A stretch of 64,000 nt of DNA from Alphaproteobacteria bacterium (GTDB lineage Bacteria > Pseudomonadota > Alphaproteobacteria > UBA828), in contig CBDCCI010000002.1 in assembly GCA_965214705.1 (NCBI GenBank), positions 448,001 to 512,000 of the forward strand, read 5' to 3'. A program made the position numbers and the translations under genes. The notes under the pieces were generated by a model. That model worked only from the letters and a program-made list of their open reading frames with translations, was not told where the DNA came from and searched no databases. Below, piece after piece: positions 60,499-64,000 of this stretch; the first letter of the stretch is position 1; every line of letters begins with the position of its first letter.

Positions 60499-60882
60499 TC
60501 ATGGCTGCGGCACGGGGCCGCCCTCGGGATCGGCGCTCACCGAGACCGCGCGCCAGCGTTCGGCGGCGCCCGGATCGGTCAGCCGGTCGAGCTCCGCCTC
60601 CCGGTCGAGCCACGCATCGACGGCATCGCCGAGCGCCTTCCAGCGCTCCTCCAGCCCCATGTCAGCCATGCGCCGTTCCTCGATCTTCGCGAGCAGCAGA
60701 AGCTCGCGTACCGCGCGGCGCAGAACGGTATCGGGCAGCGGGTCTGCCACGGTCGCCCTGTGCACGATGTAGCGCGATATATCCATGCCCGCGTCGGCCG
60801 CGAGTTCGCGGATGCGTGCCCATTCGCTCGCGGTCGCCATCACCGCGTGCTGTGTGCGGCGCTCCGCCGGCCTGCGCCTCAT
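60499..60882 (-). CDS. RHH/MobC-like protein
   Basis: VMATASEWARIRELAADAGMDISRYI pattern. Confidence 0.62.
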   Translation of the reverse strand: MRRRPAERRTQHAVMATASEWARIRELAADAGMDISRYIVHRATVADPLPDTVLRRAVRELLLLAKIEERRMADMGLEERWKALGDAVDAWLDREAELDRLTDPGAAERWRAVSVSADPEGGPVPQP

Positions 60883-61275
60883 GAGAGCGCCCCGGAGGCA
60901 GTGCGACACCGTGTGGAACCCCTCCCCAAGCCCGCATTCCGGCCACAACCACCTGTATTTCTCCATATAATGTAGATGAGACGCTGCCATCCCGATACGC
61001 CGCGGCACGCCATCGCCTTATCGCCTCCACATAAGCGTGTTTCCACCGCAACTCCTCCGCAACGACAGATCCATCTGCCCAGACATACGCCTTTAGTTCC
61101 CAGATTGCAACTGATCGGTTCGAAGCCTAAAATTTTATATCAGATAAAAAACCGCCACAATCCTCTTGTGAAACGACCCAATCACCTGTAATGTAATACA
61201 TATGCAGGAGAGAAAACGATCCAGTCCACCCCCTGACGCACTCCAGCTATATCGAATTCAGGACCACACCACGTC

Positions 61276-61747
61276 GTGGATCGGCTACAAGCTGCACATC
61301 GATGCCGCCGATGGCGGCATCCCGGTCAGTTGCATCCTGACGTCTGCCTCGCTGCACGACAGTCAGGTCGCGATCCCGCTGGCGACCATGAGCGCCGAAC
61401 GCGTGACCAATCTGTACGATCTCATGGACTCAGCCTACGACGCGCCTGAGATCGGCTGGCACAGCTATCTGTTGGGCCACGTTCCAATCATCGACATCAA
61501 TCCCCGGGACAGGGGCTTCAAAGAGGACTTGGCGCGGGAGGCCAAGGCGCGGCGCCGTATCGGCCACAGCCACCCGGCGGACGACCGTTACAGCGAACGC
61601 TCGAACGTCGAGCGCATCAATGGCGGGCTGAAGGACAACTGCGGTGGACGCCATGTCCGCGTGCGCGGCCATGCCAAAGTCTACTGCCACGCGATGTTCG
61701 GCATCCTGGCGCTGACGGTAGACCAATTGGTGCGCCTTCTGACTTGA
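61276..61747 (+). pseudogene. DDE transposase, C-terminal half
   Basis: WIGYKLHID, HDSQ, MDSAYD, VERINGGLK. Confidence 0.9.
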
Positions 61748-62169
61748 ACCTCACTTTCGGTTCTGTCCCTGTCATGCCGGAACACGCCTCCCTCGATGGG
61801 GGCACGGAGAGCCGCGCCCGCATCCCGGCGCCGGGCCACGAATGTGACCGCAACGGCCCTCGCTCGCGACAAATCGGCTCCCCGACGGTGGCCATGCGGC
61901 ATGTCGAACCGTCGATTCGACCGATCGTTCGCGTTACGTTCGACCAACCGCTGCCCTCATATCGAACTCCCGGGATGAACGCACCGTGCCCGAGAGTTTT
62001 GCAAGTGGCTCCCTCTGGCTCCGGTTCCCCAACATGTTGTACCGATCACCTCGGCGGCGGTATCCGACACGGTCGCAGTTCCTTCCGTGTCTCAATGGGT
62101 TGCCCGTAAAGTGCCCAGCGATCCGGCACCCCACATATGGAGAAGCCGGATGTAAGGGGATAAGCCTTT

Positions 62170-62362
62170 GGCTCAATTCGTGATTCGTAGGCATGGGCTG
62201 CCAGTGCTCGCGGGCACGAGCCTCTCGGGGCATCTGGTCGGCAAATTGAAGCCAAAGACGGCCTCTCGCGAGAGAATTCAACCGCGTCCTCGCACTAATC
62301 GGCTGAATTCCGGCTGCCACAGCGCGATGTTTGGGCCATGCCTACGGATCACGAATTGAGCC
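62170..62362. mobile_element. MITE, 193 bp with ~27-bp TIRs
   Basis: GGCTCAATTCGTGATTCGTAGGCATGG ... CCATGCCTACGGATCACGAATTGAGCC. Confidence 0.8.
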
Positions 62363-62583
62363 AACCGCTTATGCACAATGCTCCGGTGAAACCCACATGC
62401 AGCGTCTGGCGGGCCTGAAATAGCCGACATTGGGGGCAACATCATGTGGCACCGGAGCCAAGTGCATAAGCGGTTTGAGCCAAATGAATACTAACCCGAC
62501 ATTGAGGCGTGTGCGCGTTTTCATTCTACGGGGTGGCCGAGCCGCCGGCCATGAAAGTTTTCGACAGCGCGCCGCTGATCCAG

Positions 62584-63735
62584 CTAAAGCCCCATGATCG
62601 TGGCGACGGCCTTTCCGACCCTCTCGGCGGCGGCTTCGATGTCGCGGTCGCCGAGGTGGGCGTAGCGGAGCGTCATGCGCGAATTGGAGTGGCCAAGCAG
62701 CCGGGAGACGACAGGGACCGGCACGCCGTTCATCACGGCGTGGCTCGCCACGGTATGGCGCAGGTCGTGAAGGCGCGCGTCCTCGATGCCGGCCTTGCGG
62801 CGGACCCGGTACCAGAGAGAGAGTTCGGACCCGCGCGGCCGCGACGGATCGCGCGGCGAAGGGAACACGAACCGGCTTTCTCCCCGCTTCTGGCGGTCCA
62901 GGATGCTCCTGGCCTGGGCGTTGAGGGGAACCTTTCTCGGCCCGGTCTTGCTGTCGGCCAGCATCAGCGCGCCGCCCTGGACCTCGGACCAGCGGAGCCC
63001 GGCGATTTCTCCCCTGCGGCATCCGGTGAGAAGCAGCAGGCGGACGATGTCGGCCTGCGGCCTGAACCGCTCTCCCCGCTTGGCCTCTTCGTCGAGGACG
63101 GCGTGAAGACGCGCGATCTCCTCGCGCGACAGGAAGCGCGTCATCGGCGACCGGCGGTTGGGGGCGATGCCCTGCGCGGGGTTGCTGTCGAGGAGGCCGC
63201 GGGCGATGGCGAGGTTGAGGATCGAGCGAAGCAGCTTGAGCGCGTTGTTGGCGTTGCCGGGCGCGGCGCAGCTGAATGCGTCGAACCAGCGCCTGACCTG
63301 CGCAGGCGTTATGCGCTCGAGCGGGGTCGCGCCGAAGGCGGGGAGGAGGCGGGTATCGAGCAGGCAGGCATAGGACTTCCCGGTCGCGGGCTTGCAGCGC
63401 CCGAAAATCGCCTCCTTCCATGGACCCTCCACGAACTCGCGGAACAGGGGGGCGGCGGGCGCCGGACGGACGGGCTTGTCCGTCTCCGGGCTTGCCCGGC
63501 GCTGATGGCACTCCCGCCGCGCCTGCTCCACGGTCCTCGTCGAGACCGGGCCGAGGGAGACGCGCCTGGAGCGCCCCCCGGCGTGCTCCAGCAGAACCCA
63601 GGTCTTTGCGCCGCTCGGACGGACCCGGACCCCGAGGCCGGGCACGCTCTTGTCCCAGACGGCATACTCCCGCGCGCGGGGGCGGAGACCGGCGACGGCG
63701 TCGTCGGTGAGCTTCCTGCGTTCCCTTGCCGGCAC
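62584..63735 (-). CDS. Tyrosine recombinase/integrase (pair 3, second gene)
   Basis: Homolog of 33420-34565. Confidence 0.92.
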   Translation of the reverse strand: MPARERRKLTDDAVAGLRPRAREYAVWDKSVPGLGVRVRPSGAKTWVLLEHAGGRSRRVSLGPVSTRTVEQARRECHQRRASPETDKPVRPAPAAPLFREFVEGPWKEAIFGRCKPATGKSYACLLDTRLLPAFGATPLERITPAQVRRWFDAFSCAAPGNANNALKLLRSILNLAIARGLLDSNPAQGIAPNRRSPMTRFLSREEIARLHAVLDEEAKRGERFRPQADIVRLLLLTGCRRGEIAGLRWSEVQGGALMLADSKTGPRKVPLNAQARSILDRQKRGESRFVFPSPRDPSRPRGSELSLWYRVRRKAGIEDARLHDLRHTVASHAVMNGVPVPVVSRLLGHSNSRMTLRYAHLGDRDIEAAAERVGKAVATIMGL

Positions 63736-63738
63736 GGC

Positions 63739-64000
63739 TCAGCTCCCCAGCACGGCGCCGATGGTCTCGGCGGCCTGCCGCGTCATCGCGTCGGCCGGGT
63801 GGGCATACTTGAGGGTGGTCCCCGGATCGGCATGTCCGAGCAGTCTGCCGATGGCGAGCACGGTCTCGCCCTCGCGCAGCGCGATGCTGGCATGGGTATG
63901 GCGGAGATCGTGAAGACGGGCGTCGCCGAGGTCGGCCTCCGCCCGGATGCGCCACCAGAAGCTGTCCAGCCAGTGTTCGCAGTGCGCGCGTCCGGTATGG
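63739..64000 (-). CDS. Tyrosine recombinase (pair 3, first gene), cut by the window edge
   Basis: HDLRHTHASIALREGETVLAIGRLLGH. Confidence 0.9.
   Translation of the reverse strand, partial: HTGRAHCEHWLDSFWWRIRAEADLGDARLHDLRHTHASIALREGETVLAIGRLLGHADPGTTLKYAHPADAMTRQAAETIGAVLGS

Larger units (their letters stand above)
32173..61275 (+). mobile_element. Integrative mobilizable element carrying CRISPR-Cas
   Basis: 12-bp direct repeat CCACACCACGTC at 32161-32172 and 61264-61275; integrases at the left end, relaxase at the right. Confidence 0.88.
31388..62011 (+). mobile_element. IS (IS5/IS1182-like DDE, about 1.52 kb when reconstituted) interrupted by a 29.1-kb integrative element
   Basis: TIR GAGCCACTTGCAGAATTC (31388) and GAGTTTTGCAAGTGGCTC (ends 62011); 5-bp TSD CCTCT at 31383-31387 and 62012-62016. 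Confidence 0.9.

Noticed and set aside
60890-61260. oriT of the MobF relaxase
   Set aside because: AT-rich and plausibly placed, but no nic motif or inverted repeat could be identified with confidence

Overview
High-GC bacterial accessory region, probably alphaproteobacterial (inferred from the genes only), densely packed with nested mobile elements. From the left: a DUF1156-type adenine methyltransferase plus PLD-SNF2 helicase (restriction-like defence pair), a degenerate IS1111/IS110 copy, a group II intron remnant and a tandem tyrosine-integrase pair. Next is a decayed surface-polysaccharide locus (rmlA/C/D, sulfotransferase, glycosyltransferases, gmhA/gmhB) interrupted by IS91-like, ISAs1, IS1634 and IS5 elements. 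The main structure is a 29.1-kb integrative element (32173-61275) flanked by a 12-bp direct repeat CCACACCACGTC. It splits a transposase gene of an IS whose terminal inverted repeats and 5-bp target duplication are both still visible (31388-62011). The element carries two tandem integrases, a complete MYXAN-type class 1 type I CRISPR-Cas locus with a 20-repeat array, a MobF/TrwC relaxase and three RHH-like genes. The strongest leads are: (i) a one-spacer pseudo-array between cas6 and cas3 whose spacer matches, beside an ATA PAM, the 5' region of a 62-aa orphan ORF, i.e. a Cascade-repressed toxin or autoregulatory module; (ii) IS1111 non-coding ends whose guide segments match their insertion sites (bridge/seek RNA); (iii) codon-phase bias of the spacers pointing to an ATG PAM. 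Protein family names come from recognised motifs, not database searches.
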